64,000 nucleotides of DNA. It comes from Clostridiales bacterium Firm_14. GTDB lineage: Bacteria; Bacillota; Clostridia; Saccharofermentanales; Saccharofermentanaceae. The stretch covers positions 260,896 through 324,895 of the forward strand of contig LVAT01000013.1 in NCBI GenBank assembly GCA_001604135.1, read 5' to 3'. The translations under genes and the position numbers were made by a program. Shown here one piece after another: positions 38,550 through 49,947 of the stretch. The notes beneath the pieces are model-generated. The model did no database searches and had not been told where the DNA came from. It saw only the letters and a program-made list of their open reading frames with translations. Position 1 is the stretch's first letter, and each line of letters starts with the position of its first letter.

Positions 38550-38647
38550 ACTGCTCTTCTACTGTTTAACAATTAAAGTGATTAGCTCACAAAAACAAAT
38601 AGCACAGCACCTATAGTGGTGCATGTGTTATGCATGCAAATAAAAAG

Positions 38648-39784
38648 TTATTTTAATCTTTCAAATAAATCTTCAAGATTCATATTGTTATCAGTCTTCC
38701 TAAAGACTTTATTACCACTAATCACTTCAGAAATACCACTTTTAACAAATCTGCATAACTGATAGAACCAAGCAAATGGTCTAAGAACAGCATGTTTTTG
38801 AGCTAAATTCCAATTTACCATGCCAGCCTTTTGAAGGTATCTAAAAGTGCCCATTTCATTCATGGATTTCCTTACATTTTCAAAAGAGGATCTCTCCTGA
38901 CCGAAATTACCATCATTAAGTATGCGTAATAAGAGCTGATCAGCTACCTCTTCATCCGCATAATTACACCATGTAATCTCTTTAGGTAAACCCATCCATT
39001 TTTTACACATAAATGTAACCGTTATGGCTAGTTTTTCAAGCCCCGCTTCAATAGCAAGTTCTCTAAAATTGCTCTCCCATGCCGTATCATCTAGTTCCTT
39101 ATGAACAAACATCATCCAGTCGATTATTTGACGTAATCCAATACCAGTATCCTTTATATGCTGCATGATGTGTCCAAGAAGAACTAAACCATTCTCATAC
39201 TTTGGCAAACCAGAAAAAACTGAATCACCAATCTTGTACTTGACTGAATTATCTAATCCCTTCAACACAATATGATCTATGTTTTTATAGTACTCACAAC
39301 TAAATCTATAGTGAAGCTCAACATCAATACCATTCTTCTCAAATTCATAATGCCTTTCATTATTTGAAACATAAACATAACGATTGCACTTAAACAAATC
39401 AAGAACCGTATCCAAATGTTTTTCCGAAATGTACAAATCAATATCTCCAAAAGTCCTTAACAAAGGCTGAGGATAATAAATAGCAGCAGCAGTACCCTTG
39501 AGTATTACAAATGGAATATTATTATCATTCAAAAGATTAACTATTAAATTCTGTGTATATATCATCTGCATAAAATGTGCTTTATAAAAACGAGATATAC
39601 TATTCCACTCTTCTCTATTTTCGTCAGGAATGCAAGAAGAAATTAATGGTACAACACACTGTATCTTGGAATACTCATACAATTTGTGCCAATTTACTCC
39701 ATCAGGAATCACCGGTCTCAATCCGAAAAGAGCACCCTTTAACAATTCAAATAAACAAGTTTGTTCTATATCAATCAAAATCAT
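38648..39784 (-). CDS. Uncharacterised nucleotidyltransferase family protein (NTP_transf_5-like), copy 2
   Basis: PFVILKGTAAAIYYPQPLLRTFGDIDLYISEKHLD. The ATG at 39784, 4 nt after the wecB stop, is preferred over the overlapping upstream start. Confidence 0.6.
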   Translation of the reverse strand: MILIDIEQTCLFELLKGALFGLRPVIPDGVNWHKLYEYSKIQCVVPLISSCIPDENREEWNSISRFYKAHFMQMIYTQNLIVNLLNDNNIPFVILKGTAAAIYYPQPLLRTFGDIDLYISEKHLDTVLDLFKCNRYVYVSNNERHYEFEKNGIDVELHYRFSCEYYKNIDHIVLKGLDNSVKYKIGDSVFSGLPKYENGLVLLGHIMQHIKDTGIGLRQIIDWMMFVHKELDDTAWESNFRELAIEAGLEKLAITVTFMCKKWMGLPKEITWCNYADEEVADQLLLRILNDGNFGQERSSFENVRKSMNEMGTFRYLQKAGMVNWNLAQKHAVLRPFAWFYQLCRFVKSGISEVISGNKVFRKTDNNMNLEDLFERLK

Positions 39785-39788
39785 TGGG

Positions 39789-40910
39789 TTAAAAATCCGG
39801 TTTCCAAGCGCTATACTCTTTACCCTCAAGTATATCAGCAATTCTTTCACAAGCATGACCATCACCATACGGATTGCATGCCTTACTCATCTTTTCGTAT
39901 GATTCCTTATTCTCAAGTAATTCTATAAAATTATTATATATTACATCTTCATTAGTGCCGACTAATCTGAGAGTACCAGCCTCGACACCTTCCGGTCTTT
40001 CTGTGGTATCTCGCATAACAAGTACAGGAACACCATAGGAAGGACACTCCTCCTGGATGCCACCGGAATCAGTTAAACACAAGTAACTTCGAGCTTCAAA
40101 GTTATGACAATCAAACACTTCGATTGGTTCGATAATGTGTATACGATCACAACCGCCCAGTTCAGATTCGGCAGCGTCTCTTACAACAGGATTCATATGG
40201 ATCGGATAGACTGCCTTACAGTCAGAATGTTCATCAAGAACACGGCGAATAGCTCTAAACATATGATGCATAGGTTCACCTAAATTCTCTCTTCTATGAG
40301 CAGTTATAAAAATCAACTTGTCATCACCGACCCAATCAAGTTCAGGATGAGAATAGTCTTCTTTAACCGTATGCTGCATAGCATCAATAACAGTATTACC
40401 AGTTACATATACACTTTCAGCTTTCTTTCCCTCTTTTAGTAAATTATTTTTAGAAAGAGGAGTTGGGGCAAAATTGTATTGGGAAATAATACCGACAGCT
40501 TCTCTATTAAATTCTTCCGGATATGGACTGTAGATATTATATGTTCTCAAACCGGCTTCAACGTGTCCTACTGGAATCTGAAGATAAAAACAAGCAAGAG
40601 CAGTTACAAAAGTAGTGGACGTATCACCATGAACCAAAACAACATCTGGCTTAACTTCTTCCAAGACAGATTTAATTCCTTGGAGAATATTCGCAGTGAT
40701 ATCAAAAAGAGTTTGACGATCCTTCATGATATTCAAATCATAATCAGGAACGACACCAAAAGTATCCAAAACTTGGTCCAACATCTGTCTATGTTGAGCT
40801 GTTACACAAACGATGGTCTTAATAGAGTCCCGCCTTTTTAACTCATTAACAAGAGGACACATTTTAATGGCTTCGGGCCTTGTTCCAAAAACCAACATTA
40901 CTTTTTTCAT
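39789..40910 (-). CDS. wecB: UDP-N-acetylglucosamine 2-epimerase (non-hydrolysing)
   Basis: MKKVMLVFGTRPEAIKMCPLV ... VCVTAQHRQMLDQVL ... VLVHGDTSTTF ... TDSGGIQEE. Confidence 0.9.
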   Translation of the reverse strand: MKKVMLVFGTRPEAIKMCPLVNELKRRDSIKTIVCVTAQHRQMLDQVLDTFGVVPDYDLNIMKDRQTLFDITANILQGIKSVLEEVKPDVVLVHGDTSTTFVTALACFYLQIPVGHVEAGLRTYNIYSPYPEEFNREAVGIISQYNFAPTPLSKNNLLKEGKKAESVYVTGNTVIDAMQHTVKEDYSHPELDWVGDDKLIFITAHRRENLGEPMHHMFRAIRRVLDEHSDCKAVYPIHMNPVVRDAAESELGGCDRIHIIEPIEVFDCHNFEARSYLCLTDSGGIQEECPSYGVPVLVMRDTTERPEGVEAGTLRLVGTNEDVIYNNFIELLENKESYEKMSKACNPYGDGHACERIADILEGKEYSAWKPDF

Positions 40911-40991
40911 ACAAAACAAACTCCTATCAAAATTCTTAATCCTCTAATTCTGCACAATAATAATCGTTTGATATTCAATATCACTGTAATA

Positions 40992-42446
40992 CTATTTTCT
41001 TTGAAATATCAGCTTTATCTTCTCTAATACTATAGATAATTCTTTAAAACGTAGTATCCATGCACCTAAAATATAAATAGCCCCTCCTATTAAGACCTCC
41101 ATAACAAGCATAAATATTCCATTTAAACTAACAAAATAGTCAAAAACCAATACAACTATTGCCATGATAATAGATAACAACAAAAAAGGAACTATATCTT
41201 TAATCTGTTCTAAAAACGAGTACTTAAACATCCGTTTTCCATATGCTGCATTAATATACGTTGAAAGCAGACTCACAGCCATTGCACCAATAGCTATCCA
41301 AAATACTCCAAAGAACATAGTAACTATTAGAACAGATATATTAATTATTTTTTTTACGATTTCCAACCTTAAAGTTAATCCGCTTTCTCCGATTGCATTT
41401 AGTGCTTGAATATTAACAGTATGTATTGGATAAAACATACACATTATGCACATCATTCTTAAATAGGGAACAGAATCAATCCATTTATTAGTAAGTAAAA
41501 CATCAACAAAGCGATATCCGCATGCAAAGAGTCCTATCATTAATGGAGCAATGCAAAATGTACTCATTCGAATAGATTTCTTCATAATGCTTTTTATATT
41601 TTCCCTGCTATCTTGTTGTTTAGACATAACAGGAAACAACACACTTTGAATCGAACTGTTAATATTTACTACAATAAGATTGGGATACTTTTTTCCATTA
41701 TCATAAAGAGCAAGATCTACTGTTGAGTATTTAAGAGAAATAATCAAACTTCTTATCTCTTGAAACACAGTATCAAGCACCACAGATCCCATCATTTTTA
41801 CGCCAAATGGGAGTAAGCTCTTTACTCGCTTCATGGAGAATTCAATTTTAGGACACCAACCACCAACAAAGAACAGAACAATGGTATCTATCGTAACATT
41901 AGTTAAATATTGTACAACTAAGGCCCATACCCCAAATCCCTGTACAGCTAAAGCAATACCTACAAATGCAGAAATAATTGTTCCTATTAATGTAGAAAAA
42001 AAGAATTTCTTAAACTGTAAATGTTTTGCTATATATGCATGTTGGATTGAGTTAATGGCCGCAATAGGTAAGCGAATTGCCATTACTCTTATAACAGGAA
42101 CTAATTGATTTTTATTGTAAATAAATGCAATAGGATTAGCTAAAAAATAAACTAAAACATATAGAACTAAAGAAAAAGCAATACTAATGTAAAAAATGCT
42201 AGAAAAATCCAGATGATCAGAGTCTTTTTTCTGTATTAAAGCGTTTCCAAAACCACCAGTAACAAAAGCATTGCAAACAGCTATAATAATTGTAACTAAT
42301 CCAACAATTCCGTAATCTTCAGGAGTGAGTATTCGTGCAAGTATAATTGTAACTATAGTAGTTACTAATTGAGCTGTAATACGTTCTCCGAATTTCCAAA
42401 AAATACTACCTATTGTACCGTTACTTGAGTTAAAGCTTTTGAGCAT
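40992..42446 (-). CDS. wzx: Wzx-type polysaccharide flippase (MOP superfamily), copy 3 of Wzx type
   Basis: 484-aa multi-pass membrane protein. N-terminus FWKFGERITAQLVTTIVTIILARILTPEDYGIVG is typical of polysaccharide biosynthesis (PST) proteins. Confidence 0.8.
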   Translation of the reverse strand: MLKSFNSSNGTIGSIFWKFGERITAQLVTTIVTIILARILTPEDYGIVGLVTIIIAVCNAFVTGGFGNALIQKKDSDHLDFSSIFYISIAFSLVLYVLVYFLANPIAFIYNKNQLVPVIRVMAIRLPIAAINSIQHAYIAKHLQFKKFFFSTLIGTIISAFVGIALAVQGFGVWALVVQYLTNVTIDTIVLFFVGGWCPKIEFSMKRVKSLLPFGVKMMGSVVLDTVFQEIRSLIISLKYSTVDLALYDNGKKYPNLIVVNINSSIQSVLFPVMSKQQDSRENIKSIMKKSIRMSTFCIAPLMIGLFACGYRFVDVLLTNKWIDSVPYLRMMCIMCMFYPIHTVNIQALNAIGESGLTLRLEIVKKIINISVLIVTMFFGVFWIAIGAMAVSLLSTYINAAYGKRMFKYSFLEQIKDIVPFLLLSIIMAIVVLVFDYFVSLNGIFMLVMEVLIGGAIYILGAWILRFKELSIVLEKIKLIFQRK

Positions 42447-42523
42447 GTAAATGTATTCTCCATAAAATTATGTCTGACGTATTTACACAACTGAAAAATG
42501 CATAGATAAATTAAAAAATCCCA

Positions 42524-43663
42524 TTATGATTTCATCAGTTCGAGCAATTCTTCAGAAGTGAAAAATTCAATATCGGAGTACTTAGTTGTAACTTCTTTCA
42601 GCAAAGAAGTTAACCCCTTAATTCCATCATCTCCGTTTTTCACATCGATTGAACTAATATAATTCAATCTATGAGAATTTATTATAGCCGGTTTATGATT
42701 TTTAAAGGACATGTCTATTTGGCACAAACAATCATCTATACTTCTGTTGACAGACTGTGTAATAGCAGGTTCGAAAGAACAATTCCTAACAGAATATAAT
42801 TGTTTTAATTTATTCTTCTGACCAGTGTAGTGAATCCTAGAATGCATCTTTTCTGTACCTACACAATTACAAATATTCTGCTTAAATTGCGTTTGAATCA
42901 ATTCAATACCAATCTCAGCGAAAAACTTTTCAATTTCGGCAGTCCACACATAGCATGGAGCAGCAGTAGTTCTAGCATGAAAACCAAAATACTTATAGAA
43001 CAAAGAAGAAGCATCAAATATAATATCTTTTAATTTATTTAATTCATCTTCTTGATCATAATTATATGCATCCATGTATCCGAACCTGTTGCCTTGGGTA
43101 AAAGATGAACCAACACCCATGGTTCTATGATCAAATGCAAGTACTGTATCAGTTCTATTATTACGCAAATCATTCATCCATCTTTCAACATTAAGATGTT
43201 CTCTTGCATGTAATTGAGGAAAAAAGAGATGATTATCAGCAGCTTTTTTTATAATTGAAAGCATTTTATCACCACTACCAAAATAACTATTATAAGTATC
43301 AAAAAACGTCTCGTAATAGTACGTTCCGGCGAGAGGGTCAATTCTTTCGAAAGAAGGATTTGCTACAGCAAAATTCGCAGTAATGCAGGGATGCTTGCCA
43401 TTTTTATCTTTGAAACAAGAAAACGCATCACAAATACGTTCAACCTCATACAATTCTTCAAGAGAATCATATTTCAGAAATGGATCATGTGCTGTTAAAG
43501 GATCCGCTTTAACTATACTTTTAAAAGCAGATTCAGACGGCATCCTTATGCTTCCCCAATCATCAGATTCTATTATCAGAATCTTTCTATCGGTATGAAA
43601 ACCACGTTTATTTAAAAGAAGTTTTTTTGTTGAATCTTTTATTCTTCTAGTTAAATCATTCAC
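42524..43663 (-). CDS. Hypothetical protein, possibly carbohydrate-esterase-like (DDWG motif)
   Basis: ILIIESDDWGSIRMPS and HAREHLNV loosely recall NodB-type Asp-Asp and His motifs. No confident family assignment. Confidence 0.3.
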   Translation of the reverse strand: MNDLTRRIKDSTKKLLLNKRGFHTDRKILIIESDDWGSIRMPSESAFKSIVKADPLTAHDPFLKYDSLEELYEVERICDAFSCFKDKNGKHPCITANFAVANPSFERIDPLAGTYYYETFFDTYNSYFGSGDKMLSIIKKAADNHLFFPQLHAREHLNVERWMNDLRNNRTDTVLAFDHRTMGVGSSFTQGNRFGYMDAYNYDQEDELNKLKDIIFDASSLFYKYFGFHARTTAAPCYVWTAEIEKFFAEIGIELIQTQFKQNICNCVGTEKMHSRIHYTGQKNKLKQLYSVRNCSFEPAITQSVNRSIDDCLCQIDMSFKNHKPAIINSHRLNYISSIDVKNGDDGIKGLTSLLKEVTTKYSDIEFFTSEELLELMKS

Positions 43664-44456
43664 TGATATATATATCCCAACCCTTTCTTCTCTTTTCTAA
43701 AGGAGGTAACAACATGAAATCCGAACCATATAATTGAGACAAGTAATTTTCAGGCTTTTCCGGGCCTAAAAAGTGATATCCACAAAATAAATATTCAATA
43801 GGAATTCCATATATATCACTTGCGAAATATTGTTTCTTATATGAGTATTGGCTTGCCAATGAGCAAATGTGATTTGTGTCACAATATTTCATCATTTCAT
43901 GTTCAAGAGAACGAATGATTGAGTTTCTAAATATTCGCAATACTGAAGCCAGTAGACCTTTAACAATCAGAATCAACTTATTATTCCCGTTATTCTTAAC
44001 GTCGACATAAGCTAACAATCGTTTTAAAGATAATATGTGTTTTGAATGTTTTGTAGCAATCGTTAAGTCATCGGGAACGTAGTCCAATGGGAAAACATCA
44101 AAGTAAAGCCTATGGTCAAGTTTATTATTCTTTACTATAGGATTATCAATGTAAGTATTATTGATATATATTCGCGTAATTACATAGTCGCAATTCTTTG
44201 AGTTACGATAGTTTTTAATCTCATATTGTGAAGGAAATGAATCGATTTTTTTTAGAAACATTTCATAATCATCCCTAATCATACCCACATCCATATCATC
44301 ATCCCATGGAATAAAGCCATTATGCCTAACAGCTCCTAATAAAGATCCTCCAATAAGGTAATATTTTAGATTGTTTTCTCTGCAGAACTTATCATAAACA
44401 ATCATTACATTTAACAATAAGTTCTGTACTTCCTCAGTTGACAATAACCTTTTCAT
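43656..44456 (-). CDS. licD: LicD-family phosphotransferase (phosphocholine / alditol-phosphate transferase family)
   Basis: YYLIGGSLLGAVRHNGFIPWDDDMDVGM. ATG at 44456 with GGAGG 5 nt upstream. Confidence 0.8.
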   Translation of the reverse strand: MKRLLSTEEVQNLLLNVMIVYDKFCRENNLKYYLIGGSLLGAVRHNGFIPWDDDMDVGMIRDDYEMFLKKIDSFPSQYEIKNYRNSKNCDYVITRIYINNTYIDNPIVKNNKLDHRLYFDVFPLDYVPDDLTIATKHSKHILSLKRLLAYVDVKNNGNNKLILIVKGLLASVLRIFRNSIIRSLEHEMMKYCDTNHICSLASQYSYKKQYFASDIYGIPIEYLFCGYHFLGPEKPENYLSQLYGSDFMLLPPLEKRRKGWDIYISE

Positions 44457-44500
44457 AATAGCCTCCATAACGCAGGTTGTTATTGCATAATTCGTATGAA

Positions 44501-45829
44501 TTATAACGTTGTCACTATTTTTTTTGTATCAATACCATAGTCATTAGAAATGTTAGCAACCATGCCACAAATCATTAAATAGTATATTAATTCAAACGAA
44601 GAAAAACCCGCTAAAGTAAAATATAAAAATAGAAGCATAATAACAGGAATCTTTGTAGCAAAAGGCTTTTTACCGCTACCAGCAATATAAAAGCAATTAA
44701 ACAAGCAAAAGGAAAACAAAGCCGTCCCAACTAAGCCAATTTTAAAAACCGTTTCTATATAAATATTGTGAACATTATTTCCAGTACCCAATCTTGTTTC
44801 ATTCAAACCACGACCAAAAAATAAAACTAAAGGATTCTCAATAAGATAATTAATATAAGTTGAATTCAAAGCCATTCTGCCATTCGTAATATCAGCCTGA
44901 CCAGTTAATCGGGTTAATGTTCTATTAACAATCTCAAAGCGTCCACTCCATGCAAAAAAACCAATAATCAAAACAGTTGCCGGAATGATAATTCCCCAAA
45001 AATGATGACGCGGAAACAGAACAAGAAAAATAAAAATCAAAAGGAATAAACAAATAGAAAGAAGGAAAGTCCTACTATAAGTAGTTAGTCCAAAAACAAT
45101 TAAGGGAATGGACAATATCCAGAATATGGTTCCAATATGCTTATAATAATATAGAACTGATGAAAATGAAAGGGTCATCACAATTGCCAGTGAGCAATAA
45201 TTGGGATCCGTGAACAAACCACAATTCCTTAAATAATCCGTTCCATATCCATATCTTACGATTCTTAGATAATCATTAATCATTCTCATATACGTTGTTG
45301 AGAAGGATAATGACATCATAAGAATCATGCTAATAGACAAAACGATTGAACATCTTTTGATAATTAAATCATAATCTGGGTTATTGTGATTAATTTGAAT
45401 AATAAAATATAGAATTACAAGATGGGCTGCATTCTTTAATATGGAAGTAATTTGAAAATTGTTAACCGAGAAGACGATAATATATCCTATATATAGCAAA
45501 ATGCCTGCAAGAAAATGCAAATTAATCCTATGTGTAGTTCTGATTTTGTCTAATACAATTTTCAGAGTGATAATCAATTCGCATACTGTTAACAAACTCA
45601 AAGTTGTCGGTGACAATTTAAAAATATTAGCAAAGGGAAAACCAGCAAACAATAAAACATAGCTTTTAACAGTAGTGTTAAATAAAGCATAAAAAATAAA
45701 AATAGTGAGTGCTATTAAGTTTAACCACCTTCCGATTAAGTGACTAAATACAATGCATAACACAAATAACAAAGGAACAAGAAAACTACTAATCTCCCCT
45801 TCCAAATTAACTTTTACAGATTTCATCAA
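44501..45829 (-). CDS. Wzy-like polymerase / O-antigen-ligase family membrane protein, copy 3
   Basis: Multi-pass membrane protein with GNNVHNIYIETVFKIGLVGTALF (Wzy_C-like). Confidence 0.6.
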   Translation of the reverse strand: MMKSVKVNLEGEISSFLVPLLFVLCIVFSHLIGRWLNLIALTIFIFYALFNTTVKSYVLLFAGFPFANIFKLSPTTLSLLTVCELIITLKIVLDKIRTTHRINLHFLAGILLYIGYIIVFSVNNFQITSILKNAAHLVILYFIIQINHNNPDYDLIIKRCSIVLSISMILMMSLSFSTTYMRMINDYLRIVRYGYGTDYLRNCGLFTDPNYCSLAIVMTLSFSSVLYYYKHIGTIFWILSIPLIVFGLTTYSRTFLLSICLFLLIFIFLVLFPRHHFWGIIIPATVLIIGFFAWSGRFEIVNRTLTRLTGQADITNGRMALNSTYINYLIENPLVLFFGRGLNETRLGTGNNVHNIYIETVFKIGLVGTALFSFCLFNCFYIAGSGKKPFATKIPVIMLLFLYFTLAGFSSFELIYYLMICGMVANISNDYGIDTKKIVTTL

Positions 45830-46901
45830 ATAGAATCCTCCATTTTTTTACTATTTGTTGAATCGTAAAATTATTAGCCATATTAATTGATTCGTTAGAC
45901 ATAGTCTTCCGAAGCATATCATCATTACTTAGTTCTTGAATTCGTTTTGTCATTCCATCCAAATCGTTTGGTTTAAGTAAATAACCGTTTTTTTCATCTA
46001 TAATTATTTCATTTGGACCAGTTTCTATATCAAATGAGATTAAAGGAAGACCCGAAGCTGCTCCTTCAAGCAAAACCATTGGAAATCCTTCATAATTAGA
46101 TGTCAACACTAACATGGAGTATTGGTGATACAAACTATATATAGAATTAGAATTACCCATCAAATTAACAATATCACTTAATCCGTTTTCTAAGATTAAT
46201 CTTTCTAAATGAGTACGTTCTGGACCATCTCCATATATGTCCCATGTACCAGTCCATCCGTCTTTCAACAAAGCATTAACAATACTAATTACTGCATCAT
46301 AGTTCTTGACCTTTACGAGTCGGCCTACACTTATAATCCTACTCGAATTACTATCATATTTCTGAATATAATTATATAGATCTGGATCAACAGGATTATA
46401 AATTAAATAATTATTCTTCTTCCTTTTTTTATTATAAAAATCTAGAGCTTTTCTAGACAAAACTACATTCGCATTAGAAAAGAATAATCCAATTTGCCTA
46501 CACTGCTTTTGAAAACGATAATCACAATTAGTTGTTGGATTGGTATGTTCCCAACAAATAGATTTTATTCCTGTTAACTTAGCACAAATCACAGAAAGCG
46601 GATAATAAAGCGCTCCACAGCCAATAATAACATCAATTTTATTATTCTTAATGAATTTGTTTACTTTTTTAATAGCGCTTCTACGTAATATAGCATTAGT
46701 CATACTAGGTGTATCTTCGAAAAGATAACCAATATGAATCGATGTATTAAAATGATAAAGTTCAGCATTTATTGACTTGTTATAGCATAAACAAAACACT
46801 TTAATATCTTGTTCTTTACACAGGTTGTTTATTAGAATTGAAACTACTCGCTCAATTCCTCCTGGTTTTAAAAAACCGGCAAGAAAAAAACACACATTCA
46901 T
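45807..46901 (-). CDS. Family 4 glycosyltransferase
   Basis: MLVLTSNYEGFPMVLLEGAASGLPLISFDIETGPNEII. Confidence 0.85.
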   Translation of the reverse strand: MNVCFFLAGFLKPGGIERVVSILINNLCKEQDIKVFCLCYNKSINAELYHFNTSIHIGYLFEDTPSMTNAILRRSAIKKVNKFIKNNKIDVIIGCGALYYPLSVICAKLTGIKSICWEHTNPTTNCDYRFQKQCRQIGLFFSNANVVLSRKALDFYNKKRKKNNYLIYNPVDPDLYNYIQKYDSNSSRIISVGRLVKVKNYDAVISIVNALLKDGWTGTWDIYGDGPERTHLERLILENGLSDIVNLMGNSNSIYSLYHQYSMLVLTSNYEGFPMVLLEGAASGLPLISFDIETGPNEIIIDEKNGYLLKPNDLDGMTKRIQELSNDDMLRKTMSNESINMANNFTIQQIVKKWRILFDEICKS

Positions 46902-46989
46902 TATTTCAAATCAGTAATTAATCCTAGAACTACTAAACCCTTTCTGTAGTCTACTTAAATACACATCAAAAAGACAACATATTCGATTT

Positions 46990-48048
46990 TCACTTCAAAA
47001 AATCATTCTTTATAGCATTTACAAAACTAGACTGTTCCGTTGTTATTCTTTCAGACCATTTCTCTGTAAGATCATCCATCTTTTCATCATTAATACCTTG
47101 ATACCAAGCATATACTTCGTCCAAAGATTTAGTGTTCGAATCAATATCATAAGAGAAAACATCTAATAACAATGACATGTCAGTATTTGGACTTGTAATC
47201 ATTGGTTTTTTATAGAAAATCGAATCATAAAACTTATTCGATATAGCGTATATTAATTTATCCTCATTATTCCCGTACGCATTAAATAGTATATCTACAG
47301 ACTGGATAAGTTTATCTTTATCCTTAGGCTCATAAGCGCCAAAATACTTAATACGATCACAATTCGCCTCTGAAATCATATTAGTAATGGTATTACCAGT
47401 GACATCGTTCCCATAAAAATAAAAACAAAACCTCGTATCATTTTTAACCAAATCAATTAAAACTTTACACTGATTGGCATAAGAAATCGAACCAATATAT
47501 CCAATTACAATTAGATTATCTGATTTAACTAATTTGTTTTTAATACTAAAATCATATGTGGTATTATGACACATAACATAATTTGAATCAGGAAGGAATT
47601 TTCTAAAACCAGGTGCCGAAATAACACGAACCTTGGCGTTCTTAATTAATAATTTCTCAAGAAACCGAAATAAAAAATATTTTTCAAATGTATAATCGCG
47701 AATATCAATAAGATAATTATGAATATACTTTCCTAATAAAACCGGAAATAATAATATTCCAGGAACTGTTGTCAAAACAATTAATTTATCATAATTAATA
47801 TTTTTAATAATACGCTTAACAATTTGAGAAAAAATCAAAAAGTTATATATTTTACTCTTTTCCTTATTCCAGCTAACAGGTATTAAGACATCGTCTTTTT
47901 CATCAACACCATCCCTATCGAAATAAATAATATTGTACTTAATATTCATTTCATCAAGAATATGAGTATATGGTTTAATATATGGACAATATTTTATGTT
48001 ATTAAATGCTATTATTCCAACAATCATCTTTGAGTCGGGATATTTCAT
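46990..48048 (-). CDS. Putative capsule-biosynthesis glycosyl- or phosphotransferase, family not recognised
   Basis: Two-lobed GT-B-like layout (IGYIGSISYANQ ... YFGAYEP ... NAYGN...SNKFYDS). The start is ambiguous (48060 TTG, 48048 ATG or 48027 ATG). Confidence 0.3.
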   Translation of the reverse strand: MKYPDSKMIVGIIAFNNIKYCPYIKPYTHILDEMNIKYNIIYFDRDGVDEKDDVLIPVSWNKEKSKIYNFLIFSQIVKRIIKNINYDKLIVLTTVPGILLFPVLLGKYIHNYLIDIRDYTFEKYFLFRFLEKLLIKNAKVRVISAPGFRKFLPDSNYVMCHNTTYDFSIKNKLVKSDNLIVIGYIGSISYANQCKVLIDLVKNDTRFCFYFYGNDVTGNTITNMISEANCDRIKYFGAYEPKDKDKLIQSVDILFNAYGNNEDKLIYAISNKFYDSIFYKKPMITSPNTDMSLLLDVFSYDIDSNTKSLDEVYAWYQGINDEKMDDLTEKWSERITTEQSSFVNAIKNDFLK

Positions 48049-48114
48049 CTTTTTAACCAAAGTGAAACATCATCCTTTCTTATTGATAGTAGATTCATCT
48101 TCAACGCTAACTAT

Positions 48115-48564
48115 TTATAGAATTGTTTCACCACTATTTAATCTATCTCTTAGAATTGTACTTGATATTCCATCAGTATGATCAAGATATACAACAGTAC
48201 AACCAACGTCTTTAAATTCTTTTTCAAATTGATTCCAAGTATCGGTACCTTTCCAATCAGAACCTACAAATACAGCGTCTACATGATGCTTTTTGACAGC
48301 TGACAATTTATCCATATCAGTTTGTAGAACAACCTCATCAACATAGCGAATTGCTCTTACTATATCTACACGATCTTTTTCACAAATAATTGGGTATTTC
48401 TTCTTCCGCTTATAACACAGTTCATCTGTTGTAACTCCCACAATCAGATAATCACACTGTGCCTTAGCACGTCTAATAACATTTAAATGTCCTATGTGAA
48501 ACATATCATAGACACCAGTTGTATAACCTATTTTGTATTTTTTTGCATTGGATAACTGATCCAT
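48115..48564 (-). CDS. tagD: Glycerol-3-phosphate cytidylyltransferase
   Basis: IGYTTGVYDMFHIGHLNVIRRAKAQCDYLIVGVTTDE ... IRYVDEVV. 149 aa. Confidence 0.9.
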   Translation of the reverse strand: MDQLSNAKKYKIGYTTGVYDMFHIGHLNVIRRAKAQCDYLIVGVTTDELCYKRKKKYPIICEKDRVDIVRAIRYVDEVVLQTDMDKLSAVKKHHVDAVFVGSDWKGTDTWNQFEKEFKDVGCTVVYLDHTDGISSTILRDRLNSGETIL

Positions 48565-48690
48565 TTAGCTAGTATTCTCCAATCTTATGTATTCTACTTT
48601 AAGTTCGTTACTCACTAAATCATTATTTCTCAAAACAGCAAGCAAATTAAAGCGTTTCAAAATAACAATACTAGTAATAAAAATGCCCTT

Positions 48691-49911
48691 TTAACTACGT
48701 TTGTTTACAAGGTTCTCAGCTATTTTTATTATTTTTTTTGTGGCTGCTTTACGGGCAAAATTCTTTTCTACATATTTGCGTGCAGCTATTCCCATTTCAT
48801 TAGTTTTTTCTCTGTGTGTATATAGATCGATAATGGCATTTTTAAGTTCCTCAGGAGAATCAGGTTTAACAGTAATACCGCAATACCCTTCTCTAACAAA
48901 ACTACTAAGCTCACTATCAATATCAAAACATGAAATCATTGTTTGTTCAGCGGCCATAATGCTCCATGTTTTGCTTGGAAACCCATTCTTAGAAGTACCT
49001 GCCCTTCCAATAACCAGACCAACATCACCAATTGAATATACAAGATGTGAACGCTCGAGAGGCTGAAGAGGAAACATCATCAAATTAGGCAAGTTCTTCT
49101 CTTGAACTAAATTCTTAATAATGTTTTCGCGTGAACCTGAACCAATAATTACAAACAAAACATCTAGGTTATCCTTCAACAGTTCAGCAGCTTCAACCAT
49201 TATTTCAACATTCTGGGGAACACCTAGATTACCACAATATGTCACAATAAACTTGTCCCTTGGTATGCCCAGTTCATCAAATAAAGGATTATCCTCTCTT
49301 TCAACAAAAAACACCTGTTCTGTATCTATCCAATTATATACAACATCAATCTTAGAAGAATCTATTCCCCTATCAATGTGCATCTTTTTGAATTGTTCGG
49401 ATATAGTAACGATGTGATTGCTCTTTCTTTCTGATATTTTTTCAATCCTCTGTGCTACACTGTATGAAATCTTCTGCTTCAAACCGCGTTTACCGAAGAT
49501 ACCAGTACTCAGCAATGATTCCGAGACAATGTCCTGTTCCCAATACAATACGGGAATATTCATTTTTCTGCCAAGTTTAGCACCTAATGGTCCTAATAAG
49601 GGTGGCATTGAATGTGTCATAATAATATCTGCACCTTCTATTCTTTTTGCTGTGCTGTACATCTTTTTAGACACATCAATATATCTAAATATCCTAGACA
49701 GAACATCACGCTTTACAAAATTGGAAGTTATTCGATGAATTTTACACTCATCTGCCTTAACATCAACTAAATCAACATATTGTTTCGAAATAGGTGTAAC
49801 GAGTTCAACATCATGACCTTCTTTTATAAAGTCCTCTACGAGATCAACAGCAAGATGGGTTCCGCCAGATAATTCCGGTTTATATGTAGGACGCATCATT
49901 ATAATTTTCAT
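48691..49911 (-). CDS. Family 4 glycosyltransferase (WbuB-like)
   Basis: MKIIMMRPTYKPELSGGTHLAVDLVEDFIKEGHDVELVTP; GT-B C-terminal lobe. Confidence 0.8.
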   Translation of the reverse strand: MKIIMMRPTYKPELSGGTHLAVDLVEDFIKEGHDVELVTPISKQYVDLVDVKADECKIHRITSNFVKRDVLSRIFRYIDVSKKMYSTAKRIEGADIIMTHSMPPLLGPLGAKLGRKMNIPVLYWEQDIVSESLLSTGIFGKRGLKQKISYSVAQRIEKISERKSNHIVTISEQFKKMHIDRGIDSSKIDVVYNWIDTEQVFFVEREDNPLFDELGIPRDKFIVTYCGNLGVPQNVEIMVEAAELLKDNLDVLFVIIGSGSRENIIKNLVQEKNLPNLMMFPLQPLERSHLVYSIGDVGLVIGRAGTSKNGFPSKTWSIMAAEQTMISCFDIDSELSSFVREGYCGITVKPDSPEELKNAIIDLYTHREKTNEMGIAARKYVEKNFARKAATKKIIKIAENLVNKRS

Positions 49912-49947
49912 TGACTATAAAATCCTTATCTTTAATTATTCGCAGAA